The position numbers and the translations under genes are program-made. From IMG/VR virus record IMGVR_UViG_3300046396_000007, positions 1 to 52,700 of that record: 52,700 bases of DNA. One strand, written 5' to 3'. The stretch is from a virus. Under the pieces are notes generated by a model, which worked only from the letters and a program-made list of their open reading frames with translations, was not told the DNA's origin and searched no databases. Below are positions 52,457-52,700 of this stretch, piece by piece. The stretch's first letter is position 1, and every line of letters starts with the position of its first letter.

Positions 52457-52700
52457 ATGGAAAAGAACTTCGCCCTCACAGAGGAAACAATGGTAAACAT
52501 ATTTGGTATAAGGCTATACCGAATAAAGGCAACTAAAACAACGAAGTATGTAAAAGAGGGTGATTTAGGCGGATGGGTAGATACGGAAACTACAAAAAAC
52601 GGCGATGCGCGGGTTTCCGGCGATGCATGGGTTTCCGGCAATGCGCAGGTTTACGGCGATGCATGGGTTTCCGGCGATGCATGGGTTTCCGGCAATGCGC
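52457..52700 (+). CDS. 5' part of the wrap-around hexapeptide-repeat protein gene (continues at base 1)
   Basis: ATG 52457 reads MEKNFALTEETMVNIFGIRLYRIKATKTTKYVKEGDLGGWVDTETTKNGDARVSGDAWVSGNAQVY... and is open to the window end. It was not in the ORF track because it has no stop inside the window. Confidence 0.8.
   Translation, partial: MEKNFALTEETMVNIFGIRLYRIKATKTTKYVKEGDLGGWVDTETTKNGDARVSGDAWVSGNAQVYGDAWVSGDAWVSGNA
52598..52700. repeat. Terminal direct repeat, identical to 1..103
   Basis: 103/103 identity with the window start. Confidence 0.95.

Noticed and set aside
1-52700. Genome-wide reassignment of TAG (as in some recoded gut phages)
   Set aside because: All long genes (terminase, portal, capsid, 1123-aa tape measure, fibres, helicases) are uninterrupted by TAG. 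The small ORF ending at TAG 34044 would run into the tRNA if read through. At most, a few sites are candidates for leaky read-through.

Overview
The window looks like one complete tailed dsDNA phage genome. The first 103 nt (1-103) are identical to the last 103 nt (52598-52700), so the unique length is about 52,597 bp and one gene wraps across the ends. No integrase, DNA polymerase, rRNA or CRISPR array was recognised.

A Bacteroidota host is suggested by three things: recurrent TAnnTTTG (-7) and TTTG (-33) promoter boxes, the absence of Shine-Dalgarno sequences, and signal peptides ending ...AMGQ/AHAQ/AFAQ.

Gene layout:
- Plus strand, 52457 through the junction to 32758: a hexapeptide-repeat protein; a RecT/exonuclease recombination module; a beta sliding clamp; an SNF2-helicase/DNA-methyltransferase fusion; a primase-like protein plus an SF3 helicase followed by an iteron array (putative origin); a VRR-NUC-like nuclease; small and large terminase; portal, scaffold and major capsid; tail genes including a 1123-aa tape measure.
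- Minus strand, 32762-37571: about 23 tightly coupled small genes plus one tRNA-Glu(TTC).
- Plus strand, 37639-43765: a tail-fibre cassette and membrane proteins.
- 43807-45068: an XRE-type regulator region.
- 45147-47408: a GH19 endolysin region.
- Minus strand, 47474-52331: a second small-gene block ending in a very short C5-cytosine methyltransferase.

Main second-look items:
- Two conserved-looking genes (MazG-like at 33073-33480, and 1235-1474) are each interrupted by a single in-frame TAG. Several TAG stops also have in-frame extensions that end exactly at the next gene's overlapping start, or are backed up by an immediate TAA. Together this hints at amber read-through rather than genome-wide recoding.
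- A 10-copy iteron origin lies beside the helicase gene.
- Several promoter, hairpin, T-tract, then ATG leader architectures occur, plus one free-standing promoter-to-terminator unit of about 165 nt (46122-46321).
- The genome carries two unusual methyltransferases.
- It encodes a sliding clamp but no polymerase.
- Structural and tail-fibre proteins carry Sec-type signal peptides.

Every functional call rests on motif recognition by eye. No database search was run.
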